A stretch of 64,000 bases of DNA from the human T2T-CHM13v2.0 reference genome, Homo sapiens: assembly GCF_009914755.1 (NCBI RefSeq), contig NC_060926.1. One strand, 5' to 3'. Below are positions 13,071-28,054 of this stretch, in pieces. Every line of letters starts with the position of its first letter. Position 1 is the stretch's first letter. The translations under genes and the position numbers were made by a program. The notes beneath the pieces are model-generated. The model ran no database searches. It saw nothing but the letters and a program-made list of their open reading frames with translations, and was not told the origin of the DNA.

Positions 13071-14534
13071 TAGAAAAAGGGAAGGAGAATGCCTTGAAAC
13101 AGCTCCCAGTGAGAAGAGACCTTGGCCTTGCTTATCTTTGGACACAGACCTGACTCACTTAGGAGCAGAGGAGAGGGAGGGCATTGCTCGTAGGTAGTTG
13201 AGGTGGAACCAGGGTTGAGGGAGACCTGGAGGGAGTGTTAGCTGGCAGGTGGCAGGTCTGTGAGAGCATGGAGGGGCTTGGAGAGGCCCAGGCAGAGGGG
13301 AAGGAGCCAGCATGGTCAGCCCCAAGAGGAACAAGTGGATGTCAGGGAGGAGGGCCAGCATCTGTCTCTCTAACAGGAGGCAACAAGTCACAGAGCTCAG
13401 CAGAGCCTCCTGGTCTCTCCATAAGAGACAGCAGAGGAAAAAGAGCCCAAGCAGAGTGACTCAGCAGCCTGCCACCACCAGGACCGGGTGTGTCCAATGG
13501 CCAGGCCTGAAGCTGCTCCTGGCTGCTGTGGTCCCTGCTATGGGGAAAGATGCTCTGAAATCCCTCATGGGGTTAGGACGAAGGCACTGCCTTGGGGATG
13601 CTTCCTATTCCACATGCTGGGAGGCAGGGGGACCACACACCCCAGCTTTTGTGGTACAAGTTACTCAGGGGCAAGTTGGGGAGGGAGGTGGTACTGAGAG
13701 TTATCTCCTTTGAGAGCTTTTGGGGACAGGGGCCATTTGTCCTGCCTTGGAGGACTAGCTGAGGAGGCAGGTATATTGACCACAGTGACACAGATGCATG
13801 CACACACGCAGTTACGCAGAGGCATAACTCTGCCTGGAGTGGCAAAGATGGCTTCGTGGAGGAGGAGCTGCTGGATCTCATGGGGGTAAAGTAGGGAGGG
13901 ACAGACAGAAATGGGGCACAGAATTCCAGTCATGGGCACAGAACTAGACCTACAGACCACGTGAGGCAGTTCCCAGAATCCTGGCTTGGGGGATCAGGAT
14001 ACCACTGACCAGCTGTGGGTACGTGAGCCAATCACCCACCTCTCCAGCTTTCCATCTGCTCCTCTGTAACACGGAATGGGCCCAAGGCTCTCCTGCTAAA
14101 TGCTCTCACAGCATCAGCTTTCAGAAGCTCTGACCATAGCTAACATTCAATACGCATGGTTAGGAATGTCACAAATGCCATTTTGTAACTGAGGCTCAGT
14201 TGTCAATGGGCATCCGACATTACTTTCCCAAGCCTCAGTTTCTTCATCTGGAAAATGGAGATAACAATTCTGGAAGATTTTCTCCCTTAGACTATTACTA
14301 TGTTAGGTGATTACATAGTGCCACGTTAGATGCTTGACAAATAGTAACTATTATTATTTTTAGCATCGGCCCAAATCTGCAGACGACTCTGCCTGCTGGG
14401 TGGAACCAGATCTCACAGGGGCTGGAAAGGCATCTTTGCTGGGGGGTTCTGTCCTGTCCCACAAGCAGGTAAGGGGCATTGAGAGGCAAGAGGAGGAGCA
14501 GAGATCAAAGGATGCAGCGTCAATGTGAGTGAAA

Positions 14535-14730
14535 AGAACCTGGGCTCTGATGCCTGCATTTGAGTCTGGACATGTCGAGAACCAGCTGTGTGCCCTTGGA
14601 CACATCATTTACCCTCTCTGAGCTTCAAGACTGTTCCCTGTAAAATGAGGATAAATACACATTTTTGTTGTGAAGACTGCAGATGATGCACGTAAGCACG
14701 TGGTGTTTAAAGGGTGCTGAGGAAATGGAA
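14535..14730 (+). mobile_element. MIR SINE
   Basis: accagctgtgtgcccttggacacatcatttaccctctctgagcttca...ctgtaaaatgaggataa. Confidence 0.75.
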
Positions 14731-16729
14731 GCTAGAATTGCTATCATCACGCCCAGAGAGTGGGTGAGCCGGCCCGCACGCCAGGTTCAGCTCATCGACT
14801 AGAATCACAAGCTCATGGTTTAGAAAAGGAAAGGACCATGGAGACGACGCAGTTAAACCTCCTAAACTGGGCCCACCTTACTGACACACCAGGTGTGTGT
14901 CAGTAATGGCTTACTGAGCCATTGTCCTCCTGGTCTCTGAGACCCCCAGCCTCTGTCCCTGCAGAGTAAAGAACAGGGCTGTACCCTATGAGCTCCTCCA
15001 GCACAGGCCCAGGGAGGGCAGGTAGTGGGGTGCCATCCCCCACCTCACAGGCTCAAAAAGCTTCACAGGACTCTCCTCCTGCCCCTGCTCACAGCTCAGG
15101 AGCCTGGACTCACCCCTTGTCTCAGGTGACCCTCACAACCGCCCCCACTCCACAGATGAGCTGAACTAAGGCTCAGAATCTCGCTCAAGGTGGCACACCT
15201 GCTGAGTAACTGGGGTGAGGGAAATCCACATCCTGTGACTCCTAATCTGGTGCTCGTCCCTACAGTCTCCCTGTGAACTCACCGGGGTTCAAGGCACCTG
15301 CCTTGGAGCCCTACACACGAGTCATCTGTGGTCCAAGGACCAAGGGATGAGCATGGGGATAGGCAGCAACAAGGTTGAGAGTCTGAGAAAAAAATCCAGA
15401 AAGCTGGACATGGTGAGGAGAGTCGGCCCAGACAGTAGGGTTTCTGTGGGAGAGATCTAAAAGATCAATCAAACAGTGAGATCTATTAGGGGCACGAGGG
15501 AATGGAAAACCCTGCCAACACTGAGCTCTGGCGCCAGCAGACAGACGAGCAAGTACGTTGATAATTTATTAAAGATGCAGTGTTTTACTGGAAGAAGAGC
15601 CAGTGAGCGGGAAAGATTGGGGGCGGGGTGTGGGGGACACCGAAGAGTCTCCATGAGCCAGGAGGAGACTCTGGTCTCAGCCTCACCTCCTGGGGAAACA
15701 GAATCCCGGGATCTCTATACGTGATGGCCACAGCAGCTCATGAGGAAGGCATGCTTTTCTAAGCTGATCGCTGACATGCTGTTTCTTTCTCTTCCATTTT
15801 TAATGAATGACTCAGTGAAGACTCTCAATTTTCCCCAACTTGAACTGGGGCTCCAAGGGCTTCCTGCACTGCCAGGCTCTGGAGCATTCAGTGCCACTTA
15901 CTGTCCGAAAATGCTTCCAGGAAAGTGCTCTGAGATGCTAACCCCAGGGTCTGGGGAGGAGTGGCCCCTCTTTCCTCTGCACAGTCACTGCCTCCTGCTC
16001 ACCCCCACAACACCCCCCACCCTGCACCTGAATATGTGACAACTTGGCATGTCAGAAACATGCTCAGTGATGGTTGCTGTCAGTCATGGCAGTCATGTCA
16101 TGATGCGTGCGATGCCTTTTATTTTACCCCACGAGCTCATTACATCCTGGCAGCAGCCTATAACGGAGAGCGTGATGATGATCACTGTCACCCCCATTTC
16201 ATCAATGAGCAGTCAGGGCTCCCAGTGCTTCCGTGGCTTGTCTGCCGGGGCCAGGACCCAGGCCCTCGGACACCCAGATACATGATCTTCCTCCTGCGGC
16301 ATGCTGCCTTCATGGGAGAAAAGACTTGGTCATAAATTAGAAACATTCAGGATTTTATTCTCCAGCATGAAACCAGGAGGGAGTGATGGAGAGGCATACC
16401 CACTAACTCTGAAGTGGAGAGGAGAGCGTAATTATTATTACTGAAATGTCAGTGTCAAAGAGAAGCCGCTCTGGCTTCTCTGGAATTGACAATGGCTCCG
16501 AATCTTAAAGGTGGGCTCTGGCATCCCAGACGGGAGTCTGAAGACAGTTAGAGAATGGGAAAAGGTCAGGCAACTACACAGCACAATGAAATGGAAATCA
16601 AACAGGCCTGGCGTGGCGTGGGACACACTGGGACTGAACCTTCGCTGCTTGGAGCTCCCGGTTTACAGTGATGACGGTATCCACCTCCTGGAAAGCTGTT
16701 AAACTACTGCTCATTGAACCTTTCTCAGC

Positions 16730-16890
16730 AGGCACCACGCAGAGCACCTCACATATTTACTGCTCACAGTAATCCTATGAGGCTGCTACTGGTTTACAGA
16801 TTCACTAATGAGGAAACTGAGGCACAGAAAGGCTGAGGAACTCACTCCAACTAGCAAAGGGAATTTGAACCAGGCCTGCTGGACTCCAGC
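16730..16890 (-). mobile_element. MIR SINE
   Basis: atgaggaaactgaggcacagaaaggctgagg...ggaatttgaaccaggcctgctggactcca. Confidence 0.75.
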
Positions 16891-18559
16891 GTCCTCGTCA
16901 CATGTTGTAATACCTCTGAACCAGGACTGTTCCAATTGTGACTCAGGTCTATTCTGTGGCCTTGTACACTGTGTATACTCACATGCCCACTCTTGAATGA
17001 CCACCCGAAGAGGCGGTTTCTACTGAGCTCTGGAAACCAGCAGGTACAGCGACCTGTCCAGGAGGGAGGGACTGGCTGCTGCTCCTGGGTGGTAACAGGA
17101 AGATGGGAAACCGCTGGTGGGCTGCCACGGGTACATCCTAAACAGGGGCTTCCACTGGAGTCTGATCAGGTGGGCGAAGATGTGACCTCAGCAAGGCCCT
17201 GGGTGAGGTGATTCATGCACATCTATTACTAAACAAAAAGCTATGTTGACCTAAATAGAAATTAGGATTTCCTTCCAAGTCCTGCACTTCCAGCACACAT
17301 TGCAGAGGCCAGAGCCACAAAGAGAAAATGAATGGGTCATTTTCATCATGTTCCATTTTCCCTAATTTCCAGGGCCAGAAAGGCAAAGAGAAACACAAAC
17401 ATAAAACATAAAGTGGGAATGGGACCAACTTCCTGGGAGAGAGCTCTCTGTCCCCATGGAGGTGACAATCTATGGATCCCAGGTGCAGGTGGCGTAGGCA
17501 CATCTTTCCCTCCTCCACATCCCTCCATCACTCCATCACCAGTGCTAGCACAGATGGCTTTGTAGACAATGCCTCATCCCTTCCTTTCCTCACCACCAGC
17601 CCCAACTCAGAGCCAATGTGTGTGAGGAAGAAAGAATGAGCGGAGAAAAGCTCTTGGCCAATGACCTTTCCAGAACGTCAGTTATCTCAGCACTCAGGGC
17701 AGTGATCTTGCTACTGGCTTTTAGAATCACAGATTTCATTTTTAGATCTGAGAACATCTAACACCTCCACAGCTCAGATCTATGTAAGGAAGCCTGCTCT
17801 CAGCTATGAGGAAAAATATAAAATGCCGAATCTGTGGCTGGCCCCTTGGTTCAAACTGAACCCTTTAGAAGAGAAAAATGCAAGCAGTATGAAAAGTATG
17901 ACAACTATAAAATCAAAAATTCCTTTTAATCTCATTTCATGGGCAACACTGATACACTGTAAGGAATGAAATTTTTGCTTCATGTCAATTTTGCTGGGAT
18001 TTCACATGCAGATTAATTCGTTCATTCACATAAACATATACTGCTCTTATTCTTGCCTCAATAGCCACCCTCACTTTGGTTACAGAAATCCTGTGTCTCA
18101 GAAAAGACCCTTAACATAACAGTGAGATTCGCTATTCCATTATATCACCACCTTTGAAGTGCTGAACATATTATTAATTCCAGTGGTCTAGAAAGGGAAT
18201 AAGTGGGTCAGAATAGAGAAGTGAACTGCTTAGGAACTTGGTCGGGTGCTCTGGTGGGCAGCTTTCAAAGAGTTCCCAGTGCCTACCTCCTTTAACCTCT
18301 AACACTAACCCTGATGAGCATCTTCTCTTGAATGACCCCATGAGATGACCTTGTCATCCACCCTCTGCTTCCCACACCTCAGCCAAGCCTGCTGACCCTC
18401 CTGAGTTCCCCAGCTCACTATGCACTATGTGCCAAAACCAAGAGATATTCTCTAATCCTGCCTCTTTCTGCCCCAGACCCAATGTGATTAAATGTAGTCT
18501 TGTGCATTTGTCTTCTTTATCTCTCCATCTGGCTGTTTCTCTCCACTTCCATTCTGTCT

Positions 18560-19145
18560 TTTCTAGATTACTGCAGCAACTTCCTCTCTGGCTGTATCCC
18601 TTTTCAATCTACCCTGCATGCTGCAGCTAGAATGATCTTTCCAGAACTGCGTCTTTAACCTCTTTCAATGCTGCTCAACTGCTCACAAAATCAAACTGAG
18701 ACTCTTAATCATGGCTCACCATCCTTAGTGGCCTGGCACCACTTCTGACTCCTGCCCTCTGCACTCTCAAAGTTCTAGCCACATTCTGCTTCACCTGCTC
18801 TTTGTCCCCTCTGGAACTTTGCAAGTGCTGTCTCTCTCCCATATATCTGAAATGCACTCTCCTCGCTTCCAACGCCAGGCTATTTTTTCCTCTTCTAATC
18901 TTGGCTTGGAAGTTACTTCCCCTGGGAAGCATTTCAGTCTCCCAAGGCTTTTCCAACGTGCCTCTTTAGGACCCTGTGTTCACCCCATTGCTGTAATTTA
19001 TTACCAAGCACTGTGAAATTACTTTTCTGTCTCCTCTACCGACTGTTGCTGCAGTGAAGGCAAGGACTTATTTGTAGTTGTAACCTCAATACCCAGGATG
19101 ATGACTAAACATACTAGACATACGATAAATGTCTGAAGAATGAGT
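18560..19145 (+). mobile_element. L2 3' fragment
   Basis: ctagattactgcagcaacttcctctctgg...gcagctagaatgatctttcca...gataaatgtctgaagaatgagt. Confidence 0.7.
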
Positions 19146-19604
19146 GGAGGGATAAGTGAAGGTGGGAGGCAGGTGAGGCTTACTTGGGGTCAAAGCTGGA
19201 GAGGAAAATGTCCTTTGCCAAGCTATGGGTGACACCCTCACAGGGAGCTCCAGAGCAGTAAAAGCTGAGCAAAGGCCAAGGTCAGTGATACAGCAAAGAG
19301 AGACCAAAGAAATTGCCCAAACTGAAGAAGAATCTGGAAGCTGAAGTATGGAGCCATGAGTTGGGGAGGGGGCTGGCGATAAGAAGCCTTGGGCTAAGGG
19401 TGTCCTGGGGAATATCAGGTGGCATCTGGTGTCCGTGGAGAGGTCTTAAGTTTTGTCTGTTATGCTGGAAATACTCAACTGTGTTTAAAAGGCTGGGATG
19501 TTCTTGTTTACCAAAGTTCCAAGAATGATGAAAAATGTCGATGATGAAGCAAGAGGGGAAAGACTGAAGCCTTCGACAGACTGAGGCCCAGACACCCTCT
19601 TCTC

Positions 19605-19925
19605 CTAGACATGCATTATGCAGTAGGGCAGCCATGAGCCACATGCAGTTACTGAGCACTGTAAATGTGTCTGCTCTGAATGGAGATATGCTGTAAATGT
19701 AAAATATGCCCAAGATGTCAAGCACTTAGTATGAAACAAAGGTGAACTATTTTACTTATCTTTTTTAAAATTGATCACATGTCAAAATGTTAGTATCTGG
19801 ATACATTGGAGTAAATCAAATCTATTACTAAAATTAATTTCACTTCTTTTACCTTTTTTAATGTGACTACTGGAAAATTTTAAATAATATGCAGCTCACA
19901 TCTATTTCTATTGGAAATCATTGTC
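19605..19925. mobile_element. MER33-like hAT-Charlie DNA transposon
   Basis: gcagccatgagccacatgcagttactgagcact...aaaattaatttcacttcttttacc...aatgtgactactggaaaattttaaa. Confidence 0.8.
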
Positions 19926-20849
19926 CTAAGTTGTCCCTGAACTTTAATTGGTATATAATACAAATTAAAATTTCAATGTTACTGCTGGATAATGGTTTCT
20001 AGGTCTTGGTTTTCTGGTATGAGTAAAATAAAATAAAAACATTATAGAGACAGTAATTAAGTTCGTGACATTTTACTTTGTGAGAAAGTATGTATTTTTA
20101 AAATCCCATCATTTACCATCATCATCATTTCAAAAAGAAAGAGTATTTAAACACCAGAAAAGGCCACAATCTCAGAATAATTAACAACTCTTTAAATTGT
20201 AAAATTTAGCTTGAAATTGTAAAATTTAGAAAATCTCCCTCCTGTCTCCTCTCTTCCCCAATTCCATGGATCATACCTGCATTCATTTACCAACTGGCAT
20301 CTGAAAGAACTGTTCAAGGGTTTGTTCCACTGAATTATGACAAGCCTTTGACTACTCTCAGCAAAAAACATAATTACTGAACACAGAAGGCCAGACATCT
20401 CCCACTCTTTGTTCTGGAACCAGCAGATCCATCTCAGCTCTCAGTGCTGCTCAGGATAGCAAGTTGACAGGGTTTTTCAATCTCTGGCCCCAATCTACCT
20501 CCTCAGGCAGTTCTGCTGCCTGTACTGACTCGTGCAATCTGGGCTCAGAAGGACCACATGACTTAAAGAACGTAGACTCCTCTGGCTGCATTTAAAGACC
20601 TCCTAGAAATGGCCATTACTCCAATGCACCAGGATCCTTCTGTTTTTCTAAACAACTAATCTTGATCTTTTACATTGCCTAGCCCCTTCCAAGTGAGTGG
20701 AACACTGAGGTTTGGTGGAAACCCTGGGGGAAGTGGCAGCTTCTGCTCTTCAGGAAGATCAGCAGATCTATGGAGGCTGCAAAGAGGTTTCTCTAGGGAC
20801 ACTGGCAGGACCTGTGTTAGCCGGTACCAAGCACCACCCAGACGGCAGC

Positions 20850-20901
20850 TGTGTGTGCATGTGCGTGTGCGTGTGTGTATGTGTGTGTGTGTGTGTGTGC
20901 A
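20850..20901. repeat. Imperfect (TG)n/(TGCG) alternating purine-pyrimidine microsatellite
   Basis: tgtgtgtgcatgtgcgtgtgcgtgtgtgtatgtgtgtgtgtgtgtgtgtgca. Confidence 0.95.
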
Positions 20902-21321
20902 AAAAAGAATCTTCTCAAAAGGCAAATGCAGAGCCTAGCTGGGACAGAAAGTGTGGAGTTGGGCCAAGACTTATTTTTGAAATGTTTCCTAAAAAAGATA
21001 CCTTGGTGTCTGGGACCAGAGCTCCTTCATGTCTTATTTTAGCCCTGCTCAAATCACATCATACAACAGTAATAATAGATGACACAATTGAATCCTCACT
21101 CTGTCTCAGGTATTCTTCCCAGAGCTTTCAGCCTGCACAGTAACTCCCCGAGGTGGGTGCTGCAATTCCTCTTCTCATGGTGGTGGAGAGGGAAAGTCAC
21201 AATGAGTGAGTGGTGGGGCCTCAACATAAACCCAGATGGTCTGGTTCCCCCCTACCAGTCGGTGCCCTCACGAGCTCCACGAGAATGCCCTTTGAAGATT
21301 ATCCACACTCACTGCCTCTGA

Positions 21322-21742
<421 letters not shown>

Positions 21743-24700
21743 TAGTATCTCCCCTTGATACTCCTAGAGCTATTTCATGATATTTTTCAGACTTTCCACC
21801 TAAAGGATCAGAGAAGCATCATTCCCTCCTTTCACCTGAAAGGGGAAAGTTCCTCCAATTGCAACAGCTATAAGGAGCAAAAGTAAGGCCTGCAGCCAAG
21901 GAACTCCAGGAATGTGCTAGACTCAGCACCCTGAGCTCAGGAATGGTCTGTTTGAGGGTCAAGGGTCCTATGCCTCTTCCCCAGGGGACTCACATCCGTG
22001 CGCCATTCTGGTCTGAAGCAGGGAGGGAAAAAGCAAAGGCTTCCCATACCTTCCTGCACCTTCGTACAGTCAATCCACCCCTGAGCCAATACTGCACTCA
22101 AATCTGCCTCTTTTTTATATCACCAAGCCTGATCTACACCCCTGGTTTGCCCTCCTGCAACAGCTTCCTAACTATTCTTCCCGCCTGCAGAAGAGTCACT
22201 TCCAACCACTCCTCCCACCCTCTCCACAGCCGTTCTCTCTTCCATCTTCCTAACACACTGCTCTCACTGTAGGACCCTCTCCCGACCTTCAGAGCCACCT
22301 GCAGTTAAACCTTCACCAGCATCTCAAGGCCTCCACCCTCGTGTTAGCTCTTCAGCACCCTGCCCCCACATTCCCTTGCAGGAGCCTTCTGGCCCTGCTA
22401 AACCAGCCCAGTCACTGCCCTTGACTGTACCTGTGTCACAACCTCCACAAACCTCCCTAGATTCTGTTACCTTCCCTCCTCCAGCTGCCCAAACTGTCAC
22501 TGTTGTGCAGTTTCGCTGAAATCACTTCCTCCACCACACTCCACATGGCCGCCTGGTATGACTATTCCCCTTTCTAAATCACTGTGCCATCTTCCTAGGT
22601 AACTACTGCCTTCTTGCAGGCAGGGGCCACGTTTCTACTTCTTTAAATTCCTGTGGACAAGTTATTCAAGCTACCGGAGTCAATTTCTTCATCTCTAAAA
22701 CAAGGGTCATAGCAAAGTTGTGAGGCTGAACCGAGAGAACATATATATGGTGCCTCCCACACATCAGGGGGATGGTATGATCAATACGTGTTTGCCAATT
22801 GTGGCGCTGGATTTATGCGTGAACGTGGATAATTCTCTGTTGAGCGAGGATGGTTTTAAATTTCCTGTGATTTGATTTTCTCCCTCTGTTCTGAGGATTC
22901 ACTCGCTCACCGGCACCTGCACTCCCAATCCCTGATATTTTCAGTAGCTTGAGAAGGAATCACGAGGTGCGCTTTGGGCCCCTATTCACTCAGCTGATAC
23001 TGATGGACAGTGTGAGTGCCAGGCACCGTGCTAGGCTCAGGAGATGCAAAGATAAGTCAGCATTCCTGTGCTAGCTGCTCAGGGGCTTGGAAGGGTGATA
23101 GACAGTAAGCTGATGTCTGCAATGCACAGCAAGGGGTGCTGCTCAGGGTAAGCATAGAGGATGGAGGGGCTGCCAAATTGTCTGAGGGGCAAGCGGTCTT
23201 CCTGAAGAAGACACCCTCCACCCAGACTCCCAAAACACAAAAGGGCATCCTGAATAGAGAAAGCAGCAATGATGAGGCCTGAATCCTCACAGCACAGTCG
23301 GCACAGGCCATGGCCTGATGGGGGCGGCCTTGACTTCAGGGTTGGGGTGGTGACAGGAGCTGTGTGCCCACAGCATGTGAAGAGTTTCAGGTGAGGAGTG
23401 ATCCTTCTGCATTTAGAAAGCCAGAGTCAATGAGGAGGGCAGCTAGGGCCTGCCGCAGTCACCCAGACGAGAGGGGGCAGCGGCTGAGTTTGGCAGCAAG
23501 ATATCTCAGGGAGCAAGAGATATCTCAGAGGAGACAACAAAATGGGAGTGGGGGGAGAGCAGGATGATGCCACAGATCAGGGCTTGGGTGAAAGTCTGAA
23601 GGGTGGTGGCACCCGGCCTGAGATGAAGCAGACGGGAGCAAAGAGGGTGTTTGCTACCTTGAGAGGCAGGGCAGGAAGGTGTGGGACAAGGAGTACATGA
23701 TGCCACCTTATGAGGAATCAAGGAGGAGAGACAGGGAGGAGCAGGGAAGCAGAAGAGACTCAACCACCACGCCAGCTCTGGCCAGGCCACGGTTATCATG
23801 AGAGTCAGGAGGGGAGAGCAGTTTGGATAATACAATAAAGTTTCCATGGAGATCAGGGATTCCTCTTGTTGCCTCAGGGACAGCAAAGATAAGCTCAAGG
23901 ACATTTACTGATCTTGCCCCTCACTAGGCCAGTGGGACCCTCACTGCTCAGTGATCCACAGAGTCCCCAGCGGATTCCTGCTTCCATCACATCCCATTGT
24001 GCCTGCTTACTTTGCCAGTCACCTGGGGCCTCACGTGGCCCTCAGCACTCCATCCTGTGTCTGCCACCCTCGGCTCAGAGGTCTCCCTCCCACAGCAGCC
24101 CCCACCCAGCTGTCATCTCCTCTCCCGCTCTTTTCATCTCTTGTCAAACACATTTTGTAGTTGCTGGCCCCCGGCTCTAAATCACTCCCTCTGCTGGCCT
24201 TGGCTTCCATCCCCAGTATCTTTCAAGCACAAATTTCACCAGATGTGGCACTGCAGTCGCCTCCTCGCTCATTTTGCTTTCCAGTTTTTAAAGTAAGTCT
24301 GACATTCAGGCAAATGGAATGTTCAGAGCCAGGAGCCAAGGCCGAGGCCCAGAGCTCTCTAAGGACTTCCCTGCTCACATGCCCTGCACCCAGCCCACCT
24401 TGTTCTCAGCTCCACTGTGACTCACATGAGCCGCAGCACCCTGACTCAGAGCTGGAGAGCAGGGTGCAGAGCCTGGACCTCTCTACATTCATCCATGTCA
24501 CCCGTTTCTCCACCCCTGGCCCTGTTACCTGTCTGCCCTGCCTTCCAGACCTGCTTTGGCCCACAGCTGCGGAGCAGCAGGAAAGATGATGAAACCAGAA
24601 CTGTTGCTGGTCCTGATGCCCCCTCTTGCCTGGGTGACTGCAGCAGGCCCCAGCTGCCCTCCTGATGCCAGTACTAACTTGACTACTCAGGGCCACAGCT

Positions 24701-24948
24701 AGCAAACAGTCACCAAGTGCTTACTAGAGGTTAAAGATGAGGCTCGGCATTTGACATCAATTATTTCACCTCACCCTGAGGACCATTATTATTCCCATTT
24801 TACAGATGAAGAAATGGGGTCTCTGGGAGTTTGAGTAACTCACCCATGGTCCAGCTAGTAAGTGACAGAGATGTTGTATGTCAAAGCTCACAGGGCTAGG
24901 AGACCTAGCCCAGCCACTCAGTCAACCAGTTACGTTGCCTGGGTCTCA

Positions 24949-25304
<356 letters not shown>

Positions 25305-26339
25305 AGAAATACAAGGCATGAAGAGTCTTACTCTAAGGGCTTACTGCATGGTTCATCCTCTCCTGTAGGAATTATCCCAGGACCTTCGTCCCAGCACAGA
25401 GCCTCCTTGAAATTTCCTCAAGCCAATCCTACCAGCCCTATTTCTTCCTGGCAGTAGAGGCACATGTGTTATATCATAAGAGCCAGTGGTTCTTTGAAGC
25501 ACTTGGGGGCAAATGGTAATGGAACTTGACAGTGATCCAGGTTTTAAAGGGAAGACATCTGTGTGTTTCAGCTCCTTATTCTAGACTGAAAAATGTGGGC
25601 AGGTCACCAATGTTTGCAGTCAAACTGCCTTCTACGTGATGTGCCAACTCCAGGAGCAAGCATCTCTGCTGCTGCTGTGTTTAATAGGTCCGGGGCTTTC
25701 AGATAAGTGAGAAGACATGTCAAACCAGCCTACATGTGCACCTCAGGCTAGGAGAGGTCTGGTGACCTGCACTGCGTGGAGGGCATGAGAGGGTGGAGAA
25801 GGCCTGCATGAAGAAATGGACAAGGTGGCAATAAAAAGGGCTCTGATGCTCTGCAGGGCCCTGGAGTCCTGTTAGGAAGGGAAGTCTGCGAGGGGAAAGA
25901 GTAATCCAGGGCAGGGGGAGGGGCACCACTGCCGAGCAGGAGGGCTTCATGTTTCTGGAAATAGCGTCCAACTTACTTAGTACCTAAGCCAGTTTCCGCA
26001 TGCTTTTACCGGCAGAAGTATTTTCAAACCAGCAGACAGAGCTGGAACTGACCTTAATAAGCATCTCTGGCTTACTTCTCTCATGTTACGTGGGAGGAAA
26101 CAGACACCCAGGGAGCTGAAGGCATTGTTGGGCAGTATCTTAGAAAGGGCATGCACTTTCGCAGGCTCAGGCCAGTTATTTCTTCCCCTTACTTTATCAT
26201 GCTGCCTCACAATGTTGGACAAAATGGCAAAAAATATCCAGAAGAAAGGCAGGTTACTGAGGGGGGAACTGACAGCCAGGCCCTCTGTGCCTGGTTCTTG
26301 GGCAAAAGGCATAGACAGATGCAGAGAGAAGGGGCAAAA

Positions 26340-27080
26340 CGCTTGCTCGGGTATGCAAACGGTCAAGAAACTGAGGAAAATGTGTGCCACTTCATTGCAG
26401 CAGGGAGAGGCAAATTTAAACCACAATAAGACACCACCACTCAGCCTCCTGGTAGGCAAAAATGAAACAGACAGACAATAGCAAGTGATTGATAATGAGG
26501 ACTTGGTGCAACAGGGACTCTGCTGTAAGTACTTCATTAAATATTTGATGATATCTACAAAAGCTTCTAGGGGTACACCCTACAGAAACACATATGCCTG
26601 TTCACCAAAAGACAAGTAGAAGCTTAATCATAGGAGCTCTCGTCATAAAAGCCAAGCTGGAAAAACCCCAAATGAGCACTGATAGTCGAGTAGATATAGA
26701 AATTGTAATATATTCTTATAAAGGAATACTACACAGCAATGAGAATAAACAAACTGTGTCTTGCAAAATGTGGCTGAGTTTCATGCACAGAACTTTGAGG
26801 GAAGCCAGATACACATGAGTACATACTGTGTAATCCCATTTATATAAAGTTCAAAACCAAGCAACATCAATCTACAGCTTTTGAAGACAAGGTAGCCACG
26901 GAGAATTCTGATGGGGCACGGGCATAAGGGTGGCTTCTGGCAAACACAGAATATTCTTTAACTTGATGTAGGTACTTGATGCAGGAACATAGGTGTGTTC
27001 TCTTTGGAAAAATTCTTCAAGATATACCTGCAGGAGGTGTGTACTTTTCCATATGTATCTTATATTTCAATAAAAGATTT
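26340..27080 (+). mobile_element. Old L1 (L1ME-like) ORF2 end / 3' UTR
   Basis: gcaaatttaaaccacaataagacacca...ggaatactacacagcaatgagaataaac...atactgtgtaatcccatttatataaagttcaaaa...ttcaataaaa. Confidence 0.8.
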
Positions 27081-28036
27081 CCTTGAGAAAAGATGAAGAG
27101 AGTTTCTGGTGTTGCGGCAGATTTTGGTTGTGCAAGAAGATTTCAAAAGCCACTGAACTGGGACATGGAAAGCTCATGAAATAGACAAAAGCTGCAGCCA
27201 AACTCAACAGTATTGTCTTCTCCACCCCTCCTGTGTTCCCCATAACACTGAGGAGAGCACCCCCGGAATGCAGAGTGCAAATCCAGGGAATCTTCTTCAC
27301 CCCTCTTCCTCTGTCCTTTAAAGACAGATAATTCAGAGGCAAGAGAACTGATACCACACTGCCCTTGGTGTTACTGAAACCCTGAGTTCACGGGCCAGGG
27401 CTTATTTTCAAGGCTAGCTTAAGGGACCATGCCTCCTGTGGAAAGTGATCTGTAAGGTGGGGAGGTACTAGGGGCCTGGGGAGGGTAGTAAGGTAGCTCC
27501 CACTTGTCCACCTGAGGGATTTATTCACTGGGGGCATTCAAGTTCCATGAGGGCACACTTTCAGTCTGTTTTTTTTGTTGTTGTTGTTGTTTTTACTGAT
27601 CTATACTTAATAGTCTTAGACTCAATAATTTGTTGAATGAATTATTCCTGGCAAATATTTAATCCAAATCAGTTTTCCATCCTGGGCATTGAAAATGTCT
27701 CTACATCTCTTTCCACATCTCTTTCCCCTGCCTCATTCCCCAGGTAATGTGAAATGTAGGAGGCAAACTTAGGGAGGGAGAAGGGAAATCTGTCCCCAGA
27801 ACAAAGACCACTTGGTACCTTTCGAAGCCACACAAGGTTCTTCTTGGGTTACCTGCCCACAGGCATTTGGCCCAGATGGCAGAACACCAGATGACACTAT
27901 TTATTGAATTATATGGCTGAAATGTAGTATTTTAGTACCTCTGGGCAAAGCTAAAATATAATAATCAAACCATCTTAATTAGGAAACCCAGAATCCTCAT
28001 CTATCACCTCTTCTCTTTCCCCAAATCACAAGTCAA

Positions 28037-28054
28037 ACACACACACACACACAC
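28037..28054. repeat. (CA)n microsatellite
   Basis: About 9 AC units. Confidence 0.9.
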
